A stretch of 64,000 nucleotides of DNA from Syntrophaceae bacterium (lineage in GTDB: Bacteria; Desulfobacterota; Syntrophia; Syntrophales; Smithellaceae). Positions within the stretch are counted from its first letter, which is position 1, and every line of letters begins with the position of its first letter. The DNA lies in contig JAFGLS010000239.1 of the NCBI GenBank assembly GCA_016927935.1, positions 4,390 through 68,389 on the forward strand, given 5' to 3'. Below the pieces are notes generated by a model. That model saw nothing but the letters and a program-made list of their open reading frames with translations. It was not told the origin of the DNA and ran no database searches. Below are positions 16,571 through 27,683 of this stretch, piece by piece. A program made the position numbers and the translations under genes.

Positions 16571-18012
16571 TGATGGCATCGAAGCCCAGGATGAGATTTG
16601 CGCCTTCTCCCACAGGAGAATTGCACGTAGGAAACGCGCGCACGGCTTTGTTTAACTGGCTGTTTGCCCGTCATCACGGCGGCTCTTTTATTTTGCGCAT
16701 TGAAGATACGGATGAATCACGCAGTGCTCTTTCTTACCAGATGAACCTGTTTAATGATTTGGACTGGATGGGGCTGGATTGGGATGAAGGTCCGCAGAAA
16801 AACGGATCATACGGTCCTTATAAACAGAGTGAACGGCTGGATATTTACAAAAACCATCTGCAGAAACTAATAGACAATGATCAGGTTTATCCATGCTATT
16901 GTAGTGAGGACGAACTAGAAGAAGAGCGTCAGAATATGATTCTAAGTAAGCGAATGCCGAGATATTCAGGAAAATGTAGAAATCTTACAAAAGACGAAAA
17001 AAAACTCAGAGAAAAAGAAGGCAGAAAACCTTCATATCGCTTTAAGATTCAGTCACAAACTATTGATTATAAAGATTTAATACGTGGTTTGATTAAATTT
17101 GAAGCAGATGCAATAGGTGATTTCATCATCGTCCGTTCCAATGGAATGCCGGCCTACAATTTTGCTGTTGTGATTGATGATCACCTAATGAATATTAGCC
17201 ATGTCATTAGAGGTGAAGATCATCTTTCCAATACTGCACTGCAGATTATGCTCTATCGGGCTTTTGGATTTGAACCGCCCCTATTCGCTCATCATTCGTT
17301 GATTCTGGGCAAAGACCGGGCAAAATTGAGCAAACGGCATGGGTCTGTTTCCATAGATGAATTCCGCAAAAAAGGATTTTTACCGGAGGCGCTGATTAAT
17401 TATTTGGGGCTTCTGGGAAGTTCTTTTACCGATGGAAGAGAGGTATTGTCCCGTGAAGAAATGATTGTCGATTTCGCGCTGGAACGTGCTTCCCGAAGCG
17501 GTGCCATATTTGATGAAGAAAAACTGCGCTGGTTAAACGCAATCTATATCAGAAACTGTAAAACCAATGATTTGGTCGGGCGTATTAAACCATTTTTGGA
17601 GCAGTCGGGTTTTAAAAAAGAAATTATAAAATCGGAATGGTTCAAGAAAGTCATTGATCTTGTCAAGACTGATTTAATCACGCTTGCTGATGTTGAAAAT
17701 CACATCAACATGTTTTTTGATGATAAATATATACTTTCTGTTGAGGCTAAAGAAATTCTGCACAATGATAAAGCGCTTAAAGTTGTAAAAGCTTTTGCAG
17801 GATACCTGAATAACAATGAAGCCGAACCGCAAAATCTTTATATTGGGGCCATTAAATACGTCAGAGAAAAAACAGGCGCTAAGAGCAAGGAATTGTTTGT
17901 ACCCATTCGCGCGGTCCTAACCGGTAAAATTCAGGGTCCGGAACTGGAGAAAGTATTCACTATACTGGGGAAGTATGAAGCTTTAAAAAGGCTGAATTCC
18001 TTTATAGTCTAA
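16570..18012 (+). CDS. gltX: Glutamate--tRNA ligase
   Basis: RFAPSPTG.LHVG, IRGEDH, KLSKR motifs. Confidence 0.95.
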   Translation: MMASKPRMRFAPSPTGELHVGNARTALFNWLFARHHGGSFILRIEDTDESRSALSYQMNLFNDLDWMGLDWDEGPQKNGSYGPYKQSERLDIYKNHLQKLIDNDQVYPCYCSEDELEEERQNMILSKRMPRYSGKCRNLTKDEKKLREKEGRKPSYRFKIQSQTIDYKDLIRGLIKFEADAIGDFIIVRSNGMPAYNFAVVIDDHLMNISHVIRGEDHLSNTALQIMLYRAFGFEPPLFAHHSLILGKDRAKLSKRHGSVSIDEFRKKGFLPEALINYLGLLGSSFTDGREVLSREEMIVDFALERASRSGAIFDEEKLRWLNAIYIRNCKTNDLVGRIKPFLEQSGFKKEIIKSEWFKKVIDLVKTDLITLADVENHINMFFDDKYILSVEAKEILHNDKALKVVKAFAGYLNNNEAEPQNLYIGAIKYVREKTGAKSKELFVPIRAVLTGKIQGPELEKVFTILGKYEALKRLNSFIV

Positions 18013-18055
18013 TCGCGTAAAATAATTCTTTATAGCTATTATTTGCCGAAAAAAT

Positions 18056-18448
18056 TTATCTCGCTTTTCTTTTGTGTTTATATAACGCTAATACATAAAA
18101 TATAATGTTTATTAAAATGACCACTGCGCCAAGTATATGCTGGATATTAATGGTCAGATTTTCCGGGTATATTACAGGCAGCAAGTGCCGGACGATAAAA
18201 TCACCGGAGTATGTGCTTTTTCCCGCAAGGTTGAGAAAATAATTTTCCATGGGGGTTAAGGGGCAAATCCAGCCAAACAGTTCTATTGCCGCTCCCCAAA
18301 TTGCCGCGGGAAGATGCACGAAAGCAATCAGCGGCCAGCGTATAACCAGTAAACCGCCGCCGACAACAAAGACTATAAACAGGAAATGCGCTGCAACAGT
18401 AATATCTGCCAGTAGATTATACACAGTTACCCTCAGGGTATCAGACAC
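18056..18448 (-). CDS. DUF2784 family membrane protein
   Basis: LAD....HF.F..FV..GG...HLP...WICPLT..E motif. Confidence 0.85.
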   Translation of the reverse strand: MSDTLRVTVYNLLADITVAAHFLFIVFVVGGGLLVIRWPLIAFVHLPAAIWGAAIELFGWICPLTPMENYFLNLAGKSTYSGDFIVRHLLPVIYPENLTINIQHILGAVVILINIIFYVLALYKHKRKAR

Positions 18449-18479
18449 ATTATTACTCTTTTAAAAACAAAACGGACAA

Positions 18480-19583
18480 TTACTTCGGGAGCCAACCGAT
18501 ACCTTTGGCGTGCAGGCTCTGAATGTAGAGTTTGTCGGCTGTTTCCGTTACTCCTGTGGTTTCCGGGTAGGTACCGCTCGGATCCTGCAAATCAGCAACC
18601 ACTTTGCCTTTTTCCGTAAAAGCAAAAACGTGGCCGTATGGTTTGGGCACAGGCCATAAAAAATGAGGCAGGCGTGCGGTCAGCTTGCGCAGGAAAGGAG
18701 TAGTAGTTATGGTCATTTTATCTAAAGCGGGGCTGCGTGGTTTTACAAGTCCCACCCATATTTTACCGTCTGTCCCACGCATGAGGTTGTCAGGATAGCC
18801 GGGCAAATTTTCAAAGAAAATTTTAGCTGATTCGTTGGGAGAAGAAATATTCAGATCTCTGGCATGCACAGAAATTTTCCAGATGCGATATTTTCCGGTT
18901 TCATTGACGAAAAGCCACTGTTCATCTGTGCTCAGAGCTACACCGTTAGCAAAACTGAATCCTTTGGCTACAATGCGGGTTTTCTTTATTGCCGGATCAT
19001 ATTCTAAAATACGTCCTGTTGATTGCTGCTCCATTATATCCAGCATACTGGCTTCAAATGTTCCTCCCCAGTCTTTGGGAGCGAAGCGTGTTGTCGCGTC
19101 ACTGAAATAAACTTTACCTGATTTGGCGATTGCCACCGCATCAGCAAAGCGTATGGGGTCTCCATTAACTTCATTGCTCAGCACGGTTACTTTTTTATCC
19201 GGACTGATGGAAATAAGACCGTTATCAACATCGGCTGCAATCATGTTGCCCCGAGAGTCGAAATCAAAACCCAGGACACGCCCGCTGGTTTTTGCAAACA
19301 CTTCCTGATTGGTGCCGTCCTGATTCATTCGTAGAATTTTGCGACTGGCCACGGTAGTGTAGAGTTTGCCATCAAGGCCTATAGCAATCTGTTCTGGTCC
19401 TTCTTCATTTCCCAAGGAAATGATTTTAAGGCTAGCTAGCCGTGTATTTACGGCATGAGGTCCTGTGTATCCGGTCGATACGGGCGGAATCCATTGAACG
19501 GGTTTTATAGGCACCGGCCAGAGAGTCAAATAAGCAATCAGCAAAACAGATATTACAATGATTGCACCCAGGATTTTTTTCAT
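18480..19583 (-). CDS. SMP-30/gluconolactonase/strictosidine synthase-like protein
   Basis: GPE, YFSDA, FANGVALS, NLPGYPDN motifs. Confidence 0.9.
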   Translation of the reverse strand: MKKILGAIIVISVLLIAYLTLWPVPIKPVQWIPPVSTGYTGPHAVNTRLASLKIISLGNEEGPEQIAIGLDGKLYTTVASRKILRMNQDGTNQEVFAKTSGRVLGFDFDSRGNMIAADVDNGLISISPDKKVTVLSNEVNGDPIRFADAVAIAKSGKVYFSDATTRFAPKDWGGTFEASMLDIMEQQSTGRILEYDPAIKKTRIVAKGFSFANGVALSTDEQWLFVNETGKYRIWKISVHARDLNISSPNESAKIFFENLPGYPDNLMRGTDGKIWVGLVKPRSPALDKMTITTTPFLRKLTARLPHFLWPVPKPYGHVFAFTEKGKVVADLQDPSGTYPETTGVTETADKLYIQSLHAKGIGWLPK

Positions 19584-19600
19584 AAATATTTCTCCTTATC

Positions 19601-21172
19601 CTAGAGCGGTATATTGTTATGTTTCTTTGAAAGTATGATTTCCTTTTTATCTTTAAGTGCTTCCAGCAGAGCAATAACTTTTTTTCTTGTATCATGCGGT
19701 GAGATAATTTCTTCAATGATGCCCAGAGAAGCCGCAAAATATGGATTGTTGAATTTTTCTTCATAGGCGGCGGCAAGCTCATCTCTTTTAGCCGCTGGGT
19801 TTTTGGCCGAGGAAATATCACCGCGATAAATTATATTGCATGCCCCTTCCGCGCCCATAACGGCAATTTCAGCTGTAGGCCAGGCCATTACATAATCGGC
19901 ACCCAGTTGCTTGCTGCACATACCGATATAAGCTCCGCCGTATGCTTTACGGGTAATAACTGTTATTTTCGGTACAGTCGCTTCCGAATAGGCATGGAGG
20001 AGCTTCGCTCCATGGCGGATAATTCCCGCCCATTCCTGATTGGTGCCCGGCATGTAGCCGGGGACATCCATGATGGTCAAAAGGGGAATATTGAAAGCGT
20101 CACAAAAACGGATGAAACGTGACGCTTTATCCGAAGCGTTTACATCCAGAACACCGGCGGCAAAGCGGGGATTATTGGCAATGACCCCTACAGGTTTACC
20201 CATGATACGGATAAACGCGATGATGATATTCTGTGCCCATAGTTCGGAAAGTTCAAACATCCCGCTATTGTCAGCTATGGATTTGATAATTTTTTTCATA
20301 TCGTAAGCACGGTTGCCTTTATCCGGAATAATCGAGTCCAGTTCCTTGCAAATTCTTTCCGTGCTGTCCGTGCAATCGGACAAGGGCAGAGGAGAATGAC
20401 AACTATCCGGCAAGTAGGATAGGAGTTGTTTTATTTTTTCCAGGCAGTCAGCGTCGCTTTCCGTGACGAAATGGCAGACGCCGCTTTTCGTGGCATGCGC
20501 GATAGCGCCGCCCAGTTCGTCGTGAGTCACTTCTTCGCCGATTACCACCTTGATGACGTCCGGTCCGGTAATGTACATAAAACTGCTTCCCTTGACCATA
20601 AAGACCCAGTCGGCGAGGGCAGGGGAATAAACAGCGCCACCCGCTGTCGGCCCCATAATGGCTGTTATCTGCGGGATATAACCGGAGCCGATTGTGTTGC
20701 GATAAAAAATTCCTCCGTAACCTTCCAGCGAAGGAACGCCTTCCTGGATGCGTGCTCCGCCGGAGTCGTTGAGCGCGATAAAAGGCTTTTGCGCGGTGAT
20801 AGCCATGTCCATAACCTTCCATATTTTTTTCGCGTGCATTTCGCCCAAAGAACCGCCAGAAGAAGTAAAGTCCTGCGCCGCTACGAAAACAACGCGCCCG
20901 TTTACATTGCCAAAGCCGGTAATGACGCCATCAGCGGGTATTTCCTTTTTATCCAGACCGAAGAGAGTGGAACGATGTTCAACAAATAGCTGAACTTCCT
21001 GAAATGTTCCCTTATCGAAAAACAAATCAAGTCTTTCACGGGCGGTGAGTTTCTTGGAGTCATGCTGCTTTTTGATTTGTTTTTCGCCACCCATTAACTT
21101 TAGAGACTTGCTTCTTTTTTTAAAGTCTTCAATTTTTCCCTGAGTTGTATTTTTTTGTAAATCGTCACTCAT
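19601..21172 (-). CDS. Acyl-CoA carboxylase/decarboxylase carboxyltransferase subunit
   Basis: LTARER, DSGGARIQEG, GGAVYSPA, DVPGY.PG, KKH.NIPL motifs. Confidence 0.93.
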   Translation of the reverse strand: MSDDLQKNTTQGKIEDFKKRSKSLKLMGGEKQIKKQHDSKKLTARERLDLFFDKGTFQEVQLFVEHRSTLFGLDKKEIPADGVITGFGNVNGRVVFVAAQDFTSSGGSLGEMHAKKIWKVMDMAITAQKPFIALNDSGGARIQEGVPSLEGYGGIFYRNTIGSGYIPQITAIMGPTAGGAVYSPALADWVFMVKGSSFMYITGPDVIKVVIGEEVTHDELGGAIAHATKSGVCHFVTESDADCLEKIKQLLSYLPDSCHSPLPLSDCTDSTERICKELDSIIPDKGNRAYDMKKIIKSIADNSGMFELSELWAQNIIIAFIRIMGKPVGVIANNPRFAAGVLDVNASDKASRFIRFCDAFNIPLLTIMDVPGYMPGTNQEWAGIIRHGAKLLHAYSEATVPKITVITRKAYGGAYIGMCSKQLGADYVMAWPTAEIAVMGAEGACNIIYRGDISSAKNPAAKRDELAAAYEEKFNNPYFAASLGIIEEIISPHDTRKKVIALLEALKDKKEIILSKKHNNIPL

Positions 21173-21200
21173 AAATTTTCTCCATTTATAACCTTATTAT

Positions 21201-21476
21201 TGTCATTATCCGGCTTGACCGGATAATCCAGTTTTTCAAATGTCAAGAGTAAAGATTTGACCCCACTATCCCCATCCCCCCACTATCCCCACTATCTTTG
21301 ATCTATCCCCTCTTTTATAAGCTTTGCAAAATCTATTTGGGCAACAGGCTGTTGAAATGTCAGTTTTTTTATGCATTCTTTATTTCTTTTTTATCCGTTT
21401 TTTAATTCGATTTCTTTGTTTTCTGGATGTCCCCGTATCGAGTACGGGGCAGGCTCATCTCTGCAACGGCATGACA
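21201..21476. repeat. REP-like inverted pair enclosing a second REP-like end and short tandem repeats
   Basis: TGTCATTATCCGG..CCGGATAATCCAG ... CTGGAT...ATGACA; internal AAGATTTGACCCC plus CCACTATC x3. Confidence 0.6.
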
Positions 21477-21654
21477 AAAAGTTGTGATTAATATCTATAA
21501 GTTTCGAGCATACTAGCTTTTTTAATAAAAACAGGCAAGAAGAAATCATCATCCATTCACATTCATGATTGACATAAAAAAGCGGTTTTCTTATACTCTT
21601 TTCAAAGAAAGATATATTTTTATCAAATGATTAACGTTTATTCTGGAGGCTATT

Positions 21655-23757
21655 GTGGAAAAATTTTTCTATCCGGAATCCATCGGCATCATCGGATTGT
21701 CTTCGAAGCAAAATAATATTCCCCGTCTCGTTCTGGAGAATCTGATTCGCTGGGGATACAAGGGGCGAATTTTCGGTATCAACCCCCGCTCAACAGACTC
21801 CCATGTGGACGGAATCAAGATGTACAAGGATGTTGCTGAATTGCCGGTAGTTCCGGATCTTGTTTACATACTTATTCCCGCCAAACTTATTCCTGATGTC
21901 ATCGAATCCTGCGGCAAGTTCGGCGTCAAAAGGCTGGCTATACCATCCGGAGGATTTAATGAATTAAGTGATGATGGAGAAAAGCTTTCCGAACTGGTTT
22001 TACAGAAAGCCAGAAAGTACGGCATTCGGTTCGTCGGACCAAACAGTGTTACTGTAGCCAACACAGCCAACGGATTGTGTCTGCCTTTTGTGCCTTCTTA
22101 CAGTCCGCCCAAGGGCGGTCTTTCGATAATTTCGCAAAGCGGCGGAGTCGGCCTTATGCTCTGGAATTTGATAACTGATGAAAATGTCGGCATGGCTAAA
22201 TTCGCCAGCATCGGCAATAAACTGGATTTGGATGAGGTGGATTTTCTGGAATATTTCGGCCGCGATCCGGAAACAAAGGTCATCGGTATATATTTGGAAA
22301 GCATACCGCGAGGAGACCGGCTCATTGAAGCCGCGTCGCGTATAGACAAACCGGTGATTATTCTGAAAGCCAACACAACATCGGCGGGCAGAAAAGCGGC
22401 AATGAGTCACACAGCCGCTCTGGCCAATGATGAGGATATCATTAATACTGCTTTTGAATGGGCGGGCATCACCCGTATTTATAGTTTTAATGATTTTATT
22501 TCCATGGCCAAGGCGTTTTCGCTGCCGCCGCTCAAGGGAAAACGGCTGATGGTTATGTCACCGGCAGGCGGATTCGCGGTTATGACGGCGGACCTCTGCG
22601 AAGAAGCGGGTTTTGAGTTTGCCGACCCGGGTGCCGCTTTTTATGATGAGTTGAAAAGTTCTTGCAATGCCGGCGTCATCAATTTTTCCAATCCCCTCGA
22701 TTTGGGCGACATCTATGACATGAACGCCTATCCGCAAATTTTATTTTCCATCATGCACAATGAAAACGTTGATGGTGCGGTGTTTGTCACACAGTGGCCG
22801 GAATCGCCACGCGGCGATGATATATTTTATAAGATGTTTCACACGGACCTTTCCAAGGAGGTTGCGGGAACGATTCTTTCATCAGGCAAGCCTCTGGGAA
22901 TATGTCTGTTCGGCCTTTCCGCGACCATCTCCCGGATAAAGCATAATCTGGATTTTCCGATTTTCAATAATCCCGGCGAAATGATTCACGCTTTGAGGAA
23001 GCAATATGATTTCTATTTCCTTAAGGCGCAGGGTAAGCCCATATATAAGCTGCCGGGAGGAGTTGATATCAAAGCCGCGAAGAACTGGATAAAGAAAAAT
23101 ACCGGAGTAAGAGGAGAGGATTCTCTTGAACTGCTTAATCACTTCGGCATTGCCGTTGCCGAATCCACGGTCGCCAAAAATGAAGAAGAAGCCGTAGCGG
23201 CGGCGGAGCGTATCGGTTATCCCGTGGTTATGAAGGTTGTTTCTCCCGACGCGATTCATAAATCCGAAGCGGGCGGCGTAATCACCGGCATTGGGAATAA
23301 CAAAAGTGTGCGCGGCTCTTTTAAAAAAATCCGGGAGAATCTCGTCCGCTTTAAAGCCGGAGCCGATTTTCAGGGTGTTCGCGTTATGAAACAGGCAGGT
23401 GAGGGTTATGACATGTTCATCGGTGGAAAGTTCGATGAATCATTCGGTCCTGTTGTCTTTTTCGGTTACGGCGGCATTTATATCGAAGTCTTCCATGATA
23501 CAGCCAACGTTTTGTGCCCATCAGACAAACGGGAGATCGAAGAAAAGGTGCGTAAGCTGAAATCGTATAAGATTCTACAGGGCGCAAGAGGGAAGGGCGC
23601 CGGTGATATTGCGGGTTATGTTGACATGATTGAACGGGTGACCCATCTCCTTCATGAATTCCCCCAAATTCATGAGTTGGATATAAATCCTGTCCGGGTT
23701 CTTGACGACGGTTCCGGTGTTATGGCACTGGACGCTAGGGTGAAAATTGAAGCCTGA
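21655..23757 (+). CDS. ADP-forming acetate/acyl-CoA ligase (fused alpha-beta)
   Basis: CoA-binding domain, GPN, SQSGG, SHT phospho-His, NPLD, ATP-grasp HKSEAGGV...DINP. Confidence 0.92.
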   Translation: MEKFFYPESIGIIGLSSKQNNIPRLVLENLIRWGYKGRIFGINPRSTDSHVDGIKMYKDVAELPVVPDLVYILIPAKLIPDVIESCGKFGVKRLAIPSGGFNELSDDGEKLSELVLQKARKYGIRFVGPNSVTVANTANGLCLPFVPSYSPPKGGLSIISQSGGVGLMLWNLITDENVGMAKFASIGNKLDLDEVDFLEYFGRDPETKVIGIYLESIPRGDRLIEAASRIDKPVIILKANTTSAGRKAAMSHTAALANDEDIINTAFEWAGITRIYSFNDFISMAKAFSLPPLKGKRLMVMSPAGGFAVMTADLCEEAGFEFADPGAAFYDELKSSCNAGVINFSNPLDLGDIYDMNAYPQILFSIMHNENVDGAVFVTQWPESPRGDDIFYKMFHTDLSKEVAGTILSSGKPLGICLFGLSATISRIKHNLDFPIFNNPGEMIHALRKQYDFYFLKAQGKPIYKLPGGVDIKAAKNWIKKNTGVRGEDSLELLNHFGIAVAESTVAKNEEEAVAAAERIGYPVVMKVVSPDAIHKSEAGGVITGIGNNKSVRGSFKKIRENLVRFKAGADFQGVRVMKQAGEGYDMFIGGKFDESFGPVVFFGYGGIYIEVFHDTANVLCPSDKREIEEKVRKLKSYKILQGARGKGAGDIAGYVDMIERVTHLLHEFPQIHELDINPVRVLDDGSGVMALDARVKIEA

Positions 23758-23811
23758 TTCTTATTTTAAAAATAAAACAAAGAAATTCTAACACGAAATA
23801 GATGTATAAAT

Positions 23812-24549
23812 ATGCGCAATTTTAAGATGACTATAGAGTATGACGGTTCTGCATATTGCGGCTGGCAAAGACAGGAAAATGGCATATCCATTCAACAGTT
23901 GCTCGAAGAAGCGATTGAAGTTATCACCGGGCAGAAGGTATCGGTAATCGGTTCAGGAAGGACGGATGCCGGGGTGCATGCCTTGAATCAGGTGGGAAGT
24001 TTTAAGTGTTCCACAAAATTACCGGTCAATAAAATATTCATGGGCATAAACAGTGTGTTGCCTGAAGATATTGTGGTTAAAAAGCTGGAAGAGGTCGGAG
24101 ATGATTTTCACGCCCTGCGTGATGTCAAAAGCAAGATTTATGTATATAAAATTTGCAATCAGCGCCTTCGTCCGGCGTTGGGGCGAAATTACTTCTGGCA
24201 TGTTAGGTTTCCTCTCGATATCGGAAAAATGAAAAAAGCGGCGAAATATTTGCTCGGCACACACGATTTTTCCTGTTTTTGCGCGACTGGAACGAATGTT
24301 AAAGACCGCGTACGGACTATTGTGGATATAGAAATAAAAACTGGCAATGACGGGCTTATTGAAATAAAAGTGGAATCTCAAGGATTTCTCAAGTACATGG
24401 TTAGAAATATCATCGGCACTTTAGTGGAAGTTGGCCAAGGTAAACGAAAACCTGAGGAAATGAAGCTAATTATTGAATCTAAAAACAGAAATATAGCCGG
24501 CGTAACCGCTCCGGCCTGCGGTTTATTCTTGAAGGAGGTTAAGTACTAA
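23812..24549 (+). CDS. truA: tRNA pseudouridine(38-40) synthase
   Basis: YDGS..GWQ.Q, GRTDAGVHA, FL..MVR motifs. Confidence 0.96.
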   Translation: MRNFKMTIEYDGSAYCGWQRQENGISIQQLLEEAIEVITGQKVSVIGSGRTDAGVHALNQVGSFKCSTKLPVNKIFMGINSVLPEDIVVKKLEEVGDDFHALRDVKSKIYVYKICNQRLRPALGRNYFWHVRFPLDIGKMKKAAKYLLGTHDFSCFCATGTNVKDRVRTIVDIEIKTGNDGLIEIKVESQGFLKYMVRNIIGTLVEVGQGKRKPEEMKLIIESKNRNIAGVTAPACGLFLKEVKY

Positions 24550-24551
24550 AA

Positions 24552-25433
24552 TTGAAAATATTGCTTTTGGGACATAAGGGGATGCTGGGCCGCGACCTTC
24601 TTGCAAAACTTTCCGGGAATCATGAAATTATCGGAATGGATAAAGAAGAAATTAATATTGTTTCCAAAAATGAATGTAAAAAGGCGATTAAAGAAACAGC
24701 TCCGGATATAGTCATAAATGCCGCCGCTTTTACCAATGTTGACGGATGTGAAACTGCCGGAAAAGAGTGCTTTGCCGTGAATGCGAGGGCTGTAAAAAAT
24801 ATTGCCGAGGCCTGCAGGACAAATAAAATCAAGATAATTCATTTCAGTACGGACTACGTTTTCGACGGTAAAGCCGGAAAGCCTTACAAAGAGGATGATG
24901 AATGCAATCCGATGAACGTTTATGGCGAATCAAAACTGGCCGGTGAGAACTATCTGCGATCTATATCGGATAATTATCTTCTGATCCGCACTTCCTGGTT
25001 ATATGGATTAAAGGGGAAAAATTTTGTCGGGTCTATTCTGGAAAAAGCCAAAGCAAAAAATGCTGTTAATTATACGATACCGGTTGTGGATGATCAGGTT
25101 GGTTCTCCCACTTACACAAAAGACCTGGCAGAGGCGGTAGGGTTGCTCATTGAAAAAAAAGCTCATGGAATTTTTCATGTGACCAACCGCGGAGGCTGCA
25201 GTTGGCATCAATTTGCAGTAAAAATTTTGAAAGAATCAGGTTTTAACGATATTGTAGTAAAATCTGTTAAATCCGATCAGCTGAAAAGGCCGGCCAGGCG
25301 TCCTTCATACAGTATTTTGAGCATGCAGAAATTTGTCCAAACCACCGGAAAAACCATGCGGCCGTGGCAAGAGGCGCTGCAGGATTATCTGAAAAGTTGC
25401 AAAATTTCTGGAACAGACAAAGGAGATGCTTAA
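24552..25433 (+). CDS. rfbD: dTDP-4-dehydrorhamnose reductase
   Basis: G..GMLG, STDYVFDG, YG.SK, DQVGSPT motifs. Confidence 0.93.
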   Translation: MKILLLGHKGMLGRDLLAKLSGNHEIIGMDKEEINIVSKNECKKAIKETAPDIVINAAAFTNVDGCETAGKECFAVNARAVKNIAEACRTNKIKIIHFSTDYVFDGKAGKPYKEDDECNPMNVYGESKLAGENYLRSISDNYLLIRTSWLYGLKGKNFVGSILEKAKAKNAVNYTIPVVDDQVGSPTYTKDLAEAVGLLIEKKAHGIFHVTNRGGCSWHQFAVKILKESGFNDIVVKSVKSDQLKRPARRPSYSILSMQKFVQTTGKTMRPWQEALQDYLKSCKISGTDKGDA

Positions 25434-25571
25434 TTCTTTTTTAAATCACGCAAACTGGATACCTCTGAAAGCGGTATCAGGACGGTTTTTTTAGTGCTTT
25501 ATGCCAAAGTATAGAAAACGTACCTCTATTTAATTTAATAAACACTATTTTTTACAAGAACGGTAAGACTT

Positions 25572-26594
25572 ATGCCGGAAAAAGAAGAAAATAAACAAGC
25601 ATCTCCGGAAATATACATGCCTCGCCTGCAGATGGTTGTTCGCTATATATTGGTGACTATGACAGCGGTGTATTTAAATCTGAGTCCAATTCCACCGCTT
25701 TTTTTAACATTAACTCAGGTGAATCTAATCATTGCCGGTTATTGCATATTCCATATTTTTTGGTGGTTATATTATAAGAAGCGTGAAGCAAACATGATCC
25801 TGATTCGCGCGGGCGCGTGGACGGACACTTTGGCGGCGGCCATGGCACTGATGTTTGATCCCTATATAATACCTCCTACGGCGGGATTGCTCGTTATTGC
25901 CACTCTAGGAAACGGTATTCAGCATGGATTGCGCATTTTTATTGAATGTATGGTTGGAGCATTTATTCTTGGCTCAATAGCGATAGTTTATCATTTCATT
26001 CTTATAAAAAGCCCGCCTCCATATAACCTTTATTTATTTGTCATTTTGCTCAACGTTGCCGTATTTTATGCGTATCTGCTCGTCCATCGTCTGGAGAAAA
26101 TGAAAATGGAGGCAATCATAAACAGTGAACGCGACGCGCTGACGGGCATACTGAACAGACGGGCTTTTAGGAGATCTGCCGAATATCTGCTTCTGCTTAC
26201 CGAGAGGACGCATATGCCCCTGGTATTCATATTCGCTGATTTGGATAGATTCAAGCAAGTCAATGATCAGTTTGGTCACGATATGGGTGACAAGGTCCTC
26301 CAGTGTTTTTCCCAAATTGCCAAATCGAGACTTCGAAAAAACGATATAATCGCGAGATACGGCGGCGATGAATTTGTCATGATTCTCACGGACACATCCA
26401 TTAATAATGCGGAGCCTGTTATGAATAGGATTAAAGGTGAATTCAATGAATGGGCACTTAAAAACGGATTGCCTGTCGGTGTCAGTTTCGGAATGGGAAC
26501 ACCGAATAAAGATGAAAATAACCTTGATGATGTCCTGCGCAGAATTGATGCTGCATTGTACGACGCGAAAAGAAAAACCGGACATGTAAGATAG
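25572..26594 (+). CDS. Membrane-bound diguanylate cyclase
   Basis: N-terminal TMs; DALTG..NRR, RKND I-site, RYGGDEF. Confidence 0.92.
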   Translation: MPEKEENKQASPEIYMPRLQMVVRYILVTMTAVYLNLSPIPPLFLTLTQVNLIIAGYCIFHIFWWLYYKKREANMILIRAGAWTDTLAAAMALMFDPYIIPPTAGLLVIATLGNGIQHGLRIFIECMVGAFILGSIAIVYHFILIKSPPPYNLYLFVILLNVAVFYAYLLVHRLEKMKMEAIINSERDALTGILNRRAFRRSAEYLLLLTERTHMPLVFIFADLDRFKQVNDQFGHDMGDKVLQCFSQIAKSRLRKNDIIARYGGDEFVMILTDTSINNAEPVMNRIKGEFNEWALKNGLPVGVSFGMGTPNKDENNLDDVLRRIDAALYDAKRKTGHVR

Positions 26595-26618
26595 ACATTA
26601 ATGAAGTACTATTAAGAT

Positions 26619-27548
26619 ATGAATAAAGAGATAGTTATTAATTTGAATGAGCTGGATAAATATTTACAGAAAATTAATTTGGTTTTTCCTACAGAAAATG
26701 TACTTAATCAAAAAATTGATATCGAAAGTGTTTTAAATTACTACCGTAATAGCAGCGTTGTATATAGTTTCATCCATTCCTATAAAGGATCTTATCATCT
26801 GGCGCTGAACTACGACGGCATCTTTAATAAACAAGGATTTTTTGCTCAGTTAAATGAAATCATAGAATTGATAAATTTATCTAATGTAAAAAATGTATTG
26901 GAATTGGGATGCGGCAAGGGCTTCAATTCCGTATTTCTGGCAAAAAAATTACCTCAAATTGAATTTTCAGGAATTGACATAAGCGAAAAGAATTTGAAAA
27001 TTGCTAAAAGTAAATCAAATCGTATTCAAAATTTGTATCTTACTTATGGAGACTTTCAGAAACTGGATTTTGAAGATTCTTCATTTGATTTAATTTTCGA
27101 TGTGGAAGCAATCTGTCACGGCAGTGACGCGCGGCAGGTTTTATCTGAAGTTTTCAGAGTTCTTAAGAAGGGTGGGCAATTTGTCGTTTATGACGGATTC
27201 AGGCAAAATGGGTTTGAAAGCCTGCCTGATAATTTAGTTGAAGCAGCCGTAATTGTGGAAAAATCAATGTCTGTGAACAGTTTCGAAGAAATTGATTCCT
27301 GGCTGGAAATGGCCGGTCATGTGGGATTTAAGGTAAAACTTAAAAAAGACTTGTCCCAATATGTCAAGCCTAATCTGGCTAAGCTTCAACTTTTGGCGAG
27401 AAAATATTTTGAATTTCCTTTTCTGGCAAAATTATTTGTCAGAATTTTCCGTAAGTATACAATGCTGAACTGCATAGCGGTTCTCTTGCTGCCTTTTACC
27501 ATGTATAATAAAGCTCACTGTTATTATAAAATAATACTTGAAAAATAG
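26619..27548 (+). CDS. Class I SAM-dependent methyltransferase
   Basis: VLELGCGKG, FEDSSFD, RVLKKGG motifs. Confidence 0.9.
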   Translation: MNKEIVINLNELDKYLQKINLVFPTENVLNQKIDIESVLNYYRNSSVVYSFIHSYKGSYHLALNYDGIFNKQGFFAQLNEIIELINLSNVKNVLELGCGKGFNSVFLAKKLPQIEFSGIDISEKNLKIAKSKSNRIQNLYLTYGDFQKLDFEDSSFDLIFDVEAICHGSDARQVLSEVFRVLKKGGQFVVYDGFRQNGFESLPDNLVEAAVIVEKSMSVNSFEEIDSWLEMAGHVGFKVKLKKDLSQYVKPNLAKLQLLARKYFEFPFLAKLFVRIFRKYTMLNCIAVLLLPFTMYNKAHCYYKIILEK

Positions 27549-27683
27549 AAGCTATGCGGACGTTCTGTTTCTTTATTTAATTAAGCTCTCAAATTAAGTA
27601 TTTATTCTTATTTTTTCATTTTTCATTTTATGATATATATAATAAAAAAACTAAGATCATCTTTCCTCTATAGATAATAAGTT

